This document shows positions 56,575 through 64,000 of a stretch of DNA of 64,000 bases, piece after piece. The notes beneath the pieces were generated by a model, which was not told the origin of the DNA, made no database searches, and saw only the letters and a program-made list of their open reading frames with translations. How positions within the stretch are numbered: position 1 is the first letter of the stretch; the number at the start of each line of letters is the position of its first letter. The stretch spans positions 114,054 through 178,053 of IMG/VR virus record IMGVR_UViG_3300020048_000018. One strand, given 5' to 3'. This DNA comes from a virus. The position numbers and the translations under genes were made by a program.

Positions 56575-57327
56575 TTGTTTAGAAAAAATGAAAGATATTC
56601 CCGAAGGAAGTATTGATCTTTGTGTTACCAGTCCACCTTATAATATGAATCTTAGAATTAGGAAGGGTAAACATTGTTCAAGACAAATTGTTAAAGAACT
56701 TTCTACAAAATATGAAAACTTTTCTGACAACCTTACAATGGAAGAACTTTATTGTTTTAATGAAAAAGTAATTTTAGAGTTGCTTAGAGTTTCAAAGTTA
56801 TCATTTTATAATATCCAATTTTTGACGGGTAACAAGTCTGCATTCTTTAAGTTGATAGGTAGATTCTCTGAGAATATCAAAGAGTTTATTATCTGGGATA
56901 AAGTGAATGCAGAACCCGCAATAGGTTCTGGTGTTCTCAACTCAAGGTTTGAAGTTCTACTTGTTCTATCTTCAAAAGAAGATGCCCTCTCAAGAAGTTT
57001 TAAACAATCAACTTGGGAAAGAGGTACACTTCAAAATCTCTGGTCAATACGCAGAGGGAAAAACAATCATTTAATCATGGAGCAGTTTTTCCATTAGAGC
57101 TGATAGACACTATTATTAAAAACTTTTCACTTGAAGGTGATTCTGTTTTAGACCCTTTTTTAGGTACAGGAACTACGGGAGTTATTTGTAAGAATCTTAA
57201 TAGAAACTTTATAGGTATTGAAAAAGATAAAAAGTATTTTGAGATAGCTAGGAATAGAATTGATGGAACTAAACTAAGCAAAGAAGATATTACATCAAAA
57301 ACTTTTAAGTTTGGTATAACGGGTTAG
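56555..57327 (+). pseudogene. beta-class DNA methyltransferase split by -1 frameshift near 57059-57063
   Basis: TSPPY in frame 1; HGAVFP..LDPFLGTGTT in -1 frame; break at GGGAAAAAC. Confidence 0.75.
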
Positions 57328-57352
57328 AAAAATATAATTTAAGGACTATAAA

Positions 57353-57520
57353 ATGGAAACTAATGAGGAAAAAGAACCAACAATCTATTGTGTTGGTGTT
57401 GATGAAAAGATTCATAGATGTAAACCCTATGAAAAGAAAACTTTGTGTGGTATATCAATAAAGTCAAAGAAAGAACAAGATACTCATGGAAGATTTTCTT
57501 GCTATGAATGTACATTTTAA
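57353..57520 (+). CDS. 55-aa Cys-containing protein (not in ORF track)
   Basis: SD AAGGA; HRC..LCG..SCYEC. Confidence 0.5.
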   Translation: METNEEKEPTIYCVGVDEKIHRCKPYEKKTLCGISIKSKKEQDTHGRFSCYECTF

Positions 57521-57532
57521 GGTGAGGCAGAA

Positions 57533-58171
57533 ATGAAGAATGATATAGAAGTGTATAGAAACAAACTTATTGTATTTGAAGGTGGCGACCAGTCAGGTAA
57601 AACAAGTGTAGGGAAATTGTTTAATAAATATTTAAATGATAATGGAATTGAATCCGTTTTCACTTATCAACCGGGGGATACTGAATATGGAACTCATGCA
57701 GTATTAATGCGTTCCTTATGTAAAGATAAAAGATTTGAACTTCACCCTTTAGCAAACTTTTTTGCATTTCAGTTGGACAGAGTTGAACAAACCTCAAAAG
57801 TAATTCAACCTGCTCTTAATGAAGGTAAGACAGTGATTTCAGATAGGTGGAATTACTCTACTTATGCATATCAACTCTATGGTCAAGAATTACTTAAAAC
57901 AACTAATATGCCAATTGATGTAGCTGAGTGGCTTCTAACTACTGCTACTGTTTGTAGAGAACCTGAAATTGTTTTTTATTTTCCTCACAAAATAAATGTA
58001 GTTAGAGATGATGACCCAAATGATAATTTTGATGGAAAAGAATCTACTTTTTTTAATAGGGTACATGAAGCATATGAATCCTTAGCTAAAAGATATAATT
58101 GGATTAGAGTTTTACCCGGTAATTCTGCTGAGGATACTCTTTTGAAAATGTTGGAAATAAAAATAACATAG
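57533..58171 (+). CDS. tmk: thymidylate kinase
   Basis: VFEGGDQSGKT, ISDRW..STYAYQ. Confidence 0.9.
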   Translation: MKNDIEVYRNKLIVFEGGDQSGKTSVGKLFNKYLNDNGIESVFTYQPGDTEYGTHAVLMRSLCKDKRFELHPLANFFAFQLDRVEQTSKVIQPALNEGKTVISDRWNYSTYAYQLYGQELLKTTNMPIDVAEWLLTTATVCREPEIVFYFPHKINVVRDDDPNDNFDGKESTFFNRVHEAYESLAKRYNWIRVLPGNSAEDTLLKMLEIKIT

Positions 58172-58411
58172 GAATAAAATAATTAATAAATATAATGTAT
58201 GGAAAACTGATAGAGACTGTAATCCTATATCAGGAACAGACCGTATTCTATTAGGTACAAGCAAAAGAAAAATAATTCAACACCTCGCAGATGAGTCTGG
58301 GATAAAACTTTCCTATGGTTCTATGATTGTTAGATTATTGGATGGTACAATGTGGTGTGTACAAAAGGCAGGTAAATGATGTGTGATAGTTATAAAGTCT
58401 TTATGAGAAAA

Positions 58412-58434
58412 CTCAGAGGTCTTCAGCCTCTGAG
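58412..58434 (+). terminator. hairpin
   Basis: CTCAGAGG/CCTCTGAG. Confidence 0.45.
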
Positions 58435-58522
58435 ATGAATCACCTAAAATACTGTTTATCCTTAATATACCCTTCAGGGTATTTTTACACCATATCCCTT
58501 ATAGGGTATAATAATTCGTAAG

Positions 58523-58557
58523 AAAGTTTTGAACTTTTCTGGAAATTTCTATATATT
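58523..58557 (+). promoter_or_regulatory. sigma70-type early promoter with palindromic -35
   Basis: TTGAAC(58529)-N17-TATATT(58552). Confidence 0.8.
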
Positions 58558-58595
58558 ATATAGGTAAGTAACATAAAAATTAAAAGGATTAAAAT

Positions 58596-59021
58596 TTGAC
58601 TCACCGAGCAAAACGATGTAAACATTGTCAAACAAAATATTATTATCAAGCTTCAGGAGACGGGTGTTTTAACCCAACTAATGACTCAAGCTATTGTCCA
58701 TCCTGTAAAGAGCTTATTAATGAAGCTCTTAAAGACGTTACTGTAAAGTTTAAGAAAATATGTTTACCCGTTCCAATAGATCATGGGGTAACTATTGAAA
58801 TTTTTAATCAGAAATATAAAGAGTGGGAAGACTCAGTAATTCTAAAGTTTTACCGATGTAGGTATGGAACACCTGAAAACTTTAAGTATAAAGATTGTAC
58901 AATAAATGGATATGATTATTGTTTAACTACCAATACAGATACCGGAGAACAGCTCCTTGAAATAGAATATGAGCAAAACACAATTACAAAGGAATTAAAA
59001 GGTTTTTGGGACAATGTATAA
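58596..59021 (+). CDS. early Zn-binding hypothetical protein
   Basis: TTG start with AAGGA; CKHC..CPSC. Confidence 0.55.
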   Translation: MTHRAKRCKHCQTKYYYQASGDGCFNPTNDSSYCPSCKELINEALKDVTVKFKKICLPVPIDHGVTIEIFNQKYKEWEDSVILKFYRCRYGTPENFKYKDCTINGYDYCLTTNTDTGEQLLEIEYEQNTITKELKGFWDNV

Positions 59022-59256
59022 TATTGAAAGTTTAGAAAAGGAACGAGAAGCTTTTTATACAAAAGCAAAATACAGGAAGTTGTCCGTGAACTGGTCTAAG
59101 GCTAATGAGGAACTTATGAAAGAAGCCATGACAACTCCAAGTGATAAACTTTTTTATATGACTCCTTCCTTTGGTAAATATGAAAGGGAATATGAGAATC
59201 CTCCTGATGGTACTGACTATCAGGAAAAGACTATAGCTGAAATTAAGCTACCTTAA
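59014..59256 (+). CDS. hypothetical protein
   Basis: Coupled ORF. Confidence 0.5.
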   Translation: MYNIESLEKEREAFYTKAKYRKLSVNWSKANEELMKEAMTTPSDKLFYMTPSFGKYEREYENPPDGTDYQEKTIAEIKLP

Positions 59257-59273
59257 AATAAATCGAGGAATAT

Positions 59274-59489
59274 ATGGAAAAACTTATTGAAGCTCTGAAC
59301 ATTTTTTTGAAGTATGGTAATGATAAGTGCCCTACCTGTTGTGTGCATGACGTACTTATTGTTTCTATTGACCCCTCCTTGGTTTCTGAGGAAGATTGTG
59401 AAACTTTAAGAACTCTTAGTTTCTACCCTGACTCTGATGGAGAATATGGTGGAGAAGGTTTTTATTCATTTAAGTATGGTTCATGCTAA
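59274..59489 (+). CDS. conserved phage hypothetical protein
   Basis: LIEALNIFLKY..PT.C.HD.L..F.SF.YGSC. Confidence 0.6.
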   Translation: MEKLIEALNIFLKYGNDKCPTCCVHDVLIVSIDPSLVSEEDCETLRTLSFYPDSDGEYGGEGFYSFKYGSC

Positions 59490-59863
59490 TGAGTAAAATT
59501 AATATTGAGTATGAAGACAGAAAATTGTTTGACATATGCCAGAAGTGGGGTATGAGTATTTCAAACAATGAGCATATCACACAACTCTCAATAATGGATA
59601 TGTACGATGAACTTTTAAGTCATATGAAGATTGTAAACAGAATACCTTTTGAGAAAGATTTAAAAACTCTTTGCCTTCAGGTTAGTAAGTCTGGTGGAGT
59701 ACATGGTGCTACCGATGACCATGACCACTATTATTGTGAATGTGATTTCTGTGGAAATACAGATCGAGGATATCCAAGTGAGCTTGTACATAAAGCAGAC
59801 TGTGCAGTTAGAATAGTTAAGAGGATAGAGAAAGAATATGAAGAACTTTTTGGATGCCCCTAA
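59483..59863 (+). CDS. hypothetical protein
   Basis: CDFC..HKADC. Confidence 0.5.
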   Translation: MLMSKINIEYEDRKLFDICQKWGMSISNNEHITQLSIMDMYDELLSHMKIVNRIPFEKDLKTLCLQVSKSGGVHGATDDHDHYYCECDFCGNTDRGYPSELVHKADCAVRIVKRIEKEYEELFGCP

Positions 59864-60236
59864 GATAAAAAGAACCCATTGTTATGGACAATCTCCTATT
59901 GTCTATGATATTGAATGTCCTTTTTGCAAAGACCACAGAACAACGTGGTCTGAGTTCGAAAAGCATATTTGGTGTTTCGATTGTGAGAAAGATATTTATA
60001 TCTACTTAAATCATAGTGGAATATTCAGCGGTCCAATTCCTTGGGGAGTAGCTCATGTTTTGGGTGTACGGTTCGACAGAATAAATGTAGATACTCAAGA
60101 GATTTTTCTTGATGATGACCCAGACTACTTTGAAAAGTTGGATAAGTCATTTGTAATTTCCGAGGAGCTTAATGCGTATGAGACGAAAGAGGATACACGA
60201 GAAAACAGCACAGGAACTATATCAGGAACAACATGA
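59838..60236 (+). CDS. Zn-ribbon hypothetical protein
   Basis: CPFC..WSEF..HIWCFDCE. Confidence 0.55.
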   Translation: MKNFLDAPKIKRTHCYGQSPIVYDIECPFCKDHRTTWSEFEKHIWCFDCEKDIYIYLNHSGIFSGPIPWGVAHVLGVRFDRINVDTQEIFLDDDPDYFEKLDKSFVISEELNAYETKEDTRENSTGTISGTT

Positions 60237-60387
60237 CAGATGGTGGAAAGAGTTTCACATAGAATACTACGGAACACCAGAGGAAAAGTTATTTCTGTTT
60301 CTAAAAAGGTCAAGAGAAGTAGTTCTAAGAGTTTTATTTATTTTTGGAATTATTCTTATAAGTTGGCTTTTCAGTTTACTATTTTAA
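60172..60387 (+). CDS. small membrane protein
   Basis: C-terminal TM. Confidence 0.4.
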   Translation: MRMRRKRIHEKTAQELYQEQHDRWWKEFHIEYYGTPEEKLFLFLKRSREVVLRVLFIFGIILISWLFSLLF

Positions 60388-60403
60388 TTATAAAGGACAT
60401 GCA

Positions 60404-61372
60404 ATGAAATTAGAAGATATCGGTTTTTATACTCTCTCTGATAAAAGAGCTAAAGAGGTCTCTTGGAAGAGTGACCTCCAAAGATGTGAACTAATCGTTA
60501 CAGACAAATGTAACTTCAAATGTCCTTACTGCCGAGGGATTGTCCCTGAATTACAGGGAGACCTTACCCTTGAGCAAGCAAAAAATGTTATAGACATTTG
60601 GGCAAGCGGTAACATACAGAACGTAAGATTCTCTGGTGGAGAACCCACTGTTTGGAAACCGTTGCTTGAATTGGTTAGATACACTAAATCAAAACCTTCT
60701 ATAAAACACATTGCTCTTTCTACCAATGGAAGTGCCCGTTTTATTGACTATGTAGATTTGTTTGAAGCAGGAGTAAATGACTTTTCAATTTCTCTTGATG
60801 CCTGTTGTGCTTCTACTGCTGATGCTATGGCAGGAACTACAAGCCGATTTGAGCATATAAGTAAAATGATTCTCGAATTAAGTAAGCTGACTTATGTATC
60901 AGTAGGCGTTGTCCTTGACCAACAGAACAATGTAGAGCTAAATAAAATAATTGATTATGCAACTTCCTTGGGAGTTTCCGATATTCGAATTATTCCCTCT
61001 GCCCAGTCCAATCATAGATTGGAAGTCGATGTTAAAACTGAATATAAGATATTGAACTACCGAATTAATAATATTAAGAACGGGGTTCATGTTCGAGGAA
61101 TAAAAGATTCCGATTGCAGTAAATGTCACTTGGTTAAAGACGATATGATTGCTCTCCATGGAAAACATTTCCCTTGTGTAATTTACATGAGAGAACAAGG
61201 CGACCCTATTGGAGATATCTATGGTAAAACACTTGAACAAATTCGTGCTGAAAGAAAAGAGTGGTTTGATAACACCGATACAAAGAACGACAAAATCTGC
61301 AAACAGAATTGTCTTGATGTTTGTATCTCACATAATAATAAGGTAGAAGAATATGAAACCGAGAATTCCTAA
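60404..61372 (+). CDS. radical SAM protein (MoaA/PqqE-like)
   Basis: CNFKCPYC, FSGGEPT, STNG, SISLD; C-terminal Cys cluster. Confidence 0.85.
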   Translation: MKLEDIGFYTLSDKRAKEVSWKSDLQRCELIVTDKCNFKCPYCRGIVPELQGDLTLEQAKNVIDIWASGNIQNVRFSGGEPTVWKPLLELVRYTKSKPSIKHIALSTNGSARFIDYVDLFEAGVNDFSISLDACCASTADAMAGTTSRFEHISKMILELSKLTYVSVGVVLDQQNNVELNKIIDYATSLGVSDIRIIPSAQSNHRLEVDVKTEYKILNYRINNIKNGVHVRGIKDSDCSKCHLVKDDMIALHGKHFPCVIYMREQGDPIGDIYGKTLEQIRAERKEWFDNTDTKNDKICKQNCLDVCISHNNKVEEYETENS

Positions 61373-61634
61373 GTCTGACTCAAGCCTATTCACTTATTTT
61401 CTCTGGGAAGGTGGAAGCGTCTCAACCATTTTCGGATGGAAGCATCGGTACGAATCCTTAGTAGCCCATAAAGACGAACTGTGTCTTTATGCCAGAGGCT
61501 ATTGTTTAGGTGAAGAACTTTCAGTAAGACCTAAGATTGGTTGGTATGCAGTAATGTTGGAATATGAGGACACCATTTGGTGGAACCATTTTACGGAAAA
61601 AGAGTTTTTAGAAATCTTTTGTGAGGTATCATGA
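61353..61634 (+). CDS. hypothetical protein
   Basis: Coupled ORF. Confidence 0.5.
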   Translation: MKPRIPKSDSSLFTYFLWEGGSVSTIFGWKHRYESLVAHKDELCLYARGYCLGEELSVRPKIGWYAVMLEYEDTIWWNHFTEKEFLEIFCEVS

Positions 61635-63571
61635 ATTACGAGAAGTTTGGTTTTATTAAAACATGTGCAGTATCTCCAAGGCTCCATCTTGGAGATGTAC
61701 AGGCTAATGTACAAGAGCATATCAAATATCTGGAAAGCGCAAAAAATGAACAGGCATCAATAGTATTATTCCCCGAATTGTCTCTTACTGGATATACCTG
61801 TGGAGATTTGTTTCAACAGGATATTCTTATTCAGGATGCTTGGAAGGGACTAAAGGAACTTGTTAAATACACTGAGGGGATAGTTGCTATAATTGGACTT
61901 CCAATTTACTTTAATTCCCGACTTTGGAATTGTGTAGCAGTAATTGCTAACGAAGATATAATGTGTATCATTCCTAAATCATACCTTCCAAACTATAAAG
62001 AATATTATGAAGCCCGTTGGTTTCATTCCGGTGTAACGGTAAATGATACTATCAAGGGAATTCCTTTTGGAACAGACTTTTTGTTTGATGTCTATTCGAA
62101 TAATAAAAAGCGTGTAACCTTTGGCATTGAAATTTGTGAAGACCTTTGGGTTCCCCTTCCTCCCTCAACCCTCATGGCATTGGGTGGTGCTACTCTTATC
62201 TTAAATCCTTCCGCATCAACTGAAACTGTAGGTAAAAGTGAATACCGAAGGGAGCTTGTTTCTCAGCAATCTTCCAGATGTGTTTTAGCCTATTTGTATG
62301 CTTCGAGCGGTTGTACCGAATCTACTACCGATGTAGTATTCTCAGGTCACTGTATCTCTGCCGAGTATGGTACTATCTTGAAAGAGAACTCTCTGTATGA
62401 AAGAGAAGGTTCCTGTATCTATCCTGACTTCGATATTAATAAGATTGAAAACGAAAGACGTAAACTTACTACTTTCGGTGATCAAGTAAATCTTTTTGAG
62501 TCTGGTCAGTTTGGAAATAAGAAATTTGAGCATATTGCATTAAATACTTTTGTTATTTCGGAAACAGAGTTTACTCGAACTATTGATGCACACCCTTTTG
62601 TACCTTCAAGAACTCATACGAAAGATGTGAGATGTATGGATATTTTTAATATTCAGACAGAAGCCCTTATCACCAGACTCGAAGCTTGTAAGTCTCAGAA
62701 AATTGTAATTGGGGTTTCCGGTGGGCTTGATTCCACTCTTGCACTTCTCGTAGCAGTAAATGCTTTCAAGAAAATGGGTAGACCAATGACGGATATTATT
62801 GGAATTACCCTGCCGGGCTTTGGAACATCAGAAAGAACTCTTAACAATTCTATACGTTTAATGAGTGAGTTTTCTATTACCCAAAAGAAAATAGATATCA
62901 CTTATTCTTGTGTACAGCATTTTGCAGACATTAAACATGATATGTCAGATAAAAGTGTTGTTTTTGAAAATGGACAAGCTCGTGAAAGAACTCAGATTCT
63001 AATGGATGTGGCAAATAAGTATAATGGTATTGTTCTGGGTACAGGAGATTTATCAGAATCTGCTTTAGGTTGGTCTACTTATAATGGTGATCATATGTCA
63101 ATGTATGCAATAAATTGTTCCATACCGAAAACTTTGGTGGCTACATTGGTTGACTGGATTTCTCATTATGTCTTTCCAAAAAGTCGAGACACCCTTCAAG
63201 AGATTTGTGCAACACCTATTAGTCCAGAACTTCTTCCTCTTAATGATAAAGGAGAAATAGACCAGAAGACCGAAGATATAATTGGTCCTTATGAACTTCA
63301 TGATTTTTTCCTGTATAACCATGTTCGTTGGAACTTTACACCCGAGAAAATCCTGTTTCTTGCAATGCAAGCAAATGAGTCCTTCAATGCTAAATATACT
63401 GAGGAAGTAATTAAGAAATGGTTGAACTTGTTTTACAAGAGATTCTTTACTCAGCAGTTTAAAAGAAGCTGTGTACCCGATGGTCCAAAAGTGGGGAGCC
63501 TCTCTTTGTCACCTAGGGGTGATTGGAGAATGCCCAGTGATGCTTCGATGAATAGTTGGATATTGAAATGA
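61631..63571 (+). CDS. nadE: glutamine-dependent NAD+ synthetase
   Basis: Nitrilase domain FPELSLTGY, EICEDLW; synthetase GVSGGLDST, ENGQARER, GTGDLSE, QQFKRSC, SPRGDWRMPSDA. Confidence 0.97.
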   Translation: MNYEKFGFIKTCAVSPRLHLGDVQANVQEHIKYLESAKNEQASIVLFPELSLTGYTCGDLFQQDILIQDAWKGLKELVKYTEGIVAIIGLPIYFNSRLWNCVAVIANEDIMCIIPKSYLPNYKEYYEARWFHSGVTVNDTIKGIPFGTDFLFDVYSNNKKRVTFGIEICEDLWVPLPPSTLMALGGATLILNPSASTETVGKSEYRRELVSQQSSRCVLAYLYASSGCTESTTDVVFSGHCISAEYGTILKENSLYEREGSCIYPDFDINKIENERRKLTTFGDQVNLFESGQFGNKKFEHIALNTFVISETEFTRTIDAHPFVPSRTHTKDVRCMDIFNIQTEALITRLEACKSQKIVIGVSGGLDSTLALLVAVNAFKKMGRPMTDIIGITLPGFGTSERTLNNSIRLMSEFSITQKKIDITYSCVQHFADIKHDMSDKSVVFENGQARERTQILMDVANKYNGIVLGTGDLSESALGWSTYNGDHMSMYAINCSIPKTLVATLVDWISHYVFPKSRDTLQEICATPISPELLPLNDKGEIDQKTEDIIGPYELHDFFLYNHVRWNFTPEKILFLAMQANESFNAKYTEEVIKKWLNLFYKRFFTQQFKRSCVPDGPKVGSLSLSPRGDWRMPSDASMNSWILK

Positions 63572-63580
63572 AAAAGAGAG

Positions 63581-63610
63581 AGGGGATAACATTTAAGTTA
63601 TCCCCTTTTT
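63581..63610. terminator. terminator between convergent genes
   Basis: AGGGGATAAC/GTTATCCCCT plus T tract. Confidence 0.85.
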
Positions 63611-63612
63611 AT

Positions 63613-64000
63613 TTATCCAACAATCGTCCAGCCCTTATCAGTTGCAATTAATCTGTCCTCAGAAATTAATAAAGATGCCCCAAAATTTCCTGTAATCGTA
63701 ATAGTTTGTCCAGTTACTGTTGCTAAATTGTTAAAAATATCAACCAAGGCTGATTTACTCAAATTACAACTTGCATATGAAATTGTTGTTTTTGTCCCGT
63801 AAAAAGATGCTTTTCCTAAAAATAAACAACTATCAAACAAATATAAAAAGTTCGATACTAAACTCGTATTTAGAAGTGGAATCGTTTTTAATGTTGTACA
63901 ATAATAAAACATCTGATAAAAACTTGTACCTAAACTTGTATCAATAAGTGGAATCGTTTGTAATGTAGTACAAGTATTAAACATATAAGCAAAGTTTGTA
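63613..64000 (-). CDS. C-terminus of BspA/DUF285-like repeat protein (truncated by window)
   Basis: MFxxCTTLxTIPLxxTS repeats; frame stays open to 64000. Confidence 0.7.
   Translation of the reverse strand, partial: TNFAYMFNTCTTLQTIPLIDTSLGTSFYQMFYYCTTLKTIPLLNTSLVSNFLYLFDSCLFLGKASFYGTKTTISYASCNLSKSALVDIFNNLATVTGQTITITGNFGASLLISEDRLIATDKGWTIVG

Noticed and set aside
57055-57064. Programmed -1 slippery site in the split MTase
   Set aside because: GGGAAAA is out of phase for X XXY YYZ in the zero frame; an indel is more parsimonious
58172-58380. ~65-codon open frame (KIINKYNVWKTDRD..KAGK) after tmk
   Set aside because: No ATG/GTG/TTG start; would need ATA/ATT initiation
60404-61372. QueE assignment to partner the QueC-like gene
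   Set aside because: Longer than QueE, lacks its N-terminal QGEG motif, and lies 23 kb away
1844-63370. Other short opposite-strand or nested ORFs in the track (e.g. 1844, 2745, 4231, 9308, 17445, 28843, 39553, 50150, 55037)
   Set aside because: Fully overlap better-supported genes; low-complexity translations
1-64000. Bacterial chromosome or prophage interpretation (groEL, nadE, coaD, fliM look cellular)
   Set aside because: These genes are isolated among short phage ORFs, gp23/gp52-like genes and homing endonucleases; no host operons or integrase seen
1-64000. tRNA, rRNA, CRISPR array
   Set aside because: No cloverleaf/TPsiC signature or regularly spaced repeat-spacer run seen by eye; tRNAscan would be decisive
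1-64000. Stop-codon reassignment as in some jumbo phages
   Set aside because: Conserved proteins are full length in code 11 and TAG, TGA and TAA all end genes at sensible places

Overview
64 kb of a densely coding, AT-rich (roughly 30-33% GC by eye) lytic jumbo phage with distant T4-like head and replication genes; standard genetic code. Core genes: gp23-like major capsid protein (47468-49153), probable scaffold, two-subunit type II topoisomerase, GroEL, Hsp20. Nucleotide and cofactor genes: TK, Tmk, dUTPase, NrdG-like radical SAM, a stand-alone NrdD glycyl-radical peptide, CoaD+CoaE, Gln-dependent NadE. There is a large base-modification arsenal: five DNA-MTase-like domains, ABC-ATPase/GNAT fusion, two more GNAT folds, GREB1/TAGT-like glycosyltransferase, QueC-like, aaRS-like plus MazG-like. 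Five homing-endonuclease-like genes are present, four placed mirror-wise around the capsid gene. The most striking item is a phage FliM-FliN flagellar-switch chimera with triplicated CheY-binding-like helices and no GGxG FliG-binding loop, in an early operon with a lytic transglycosylase. With the xxSC-type lipoproteins, this points (inference) to a flagellated anaerobe, probably a spirochaete, as host. Three promoter classes and a recurrent C(GUAU)G leader hairpin can be read directly from intergenic DNA. No tRNA, rRNA or CRISPR array seen. Family names come from remembered motifs, not database searches; several starts were moved from the ORF track using SD sites or overlaps.
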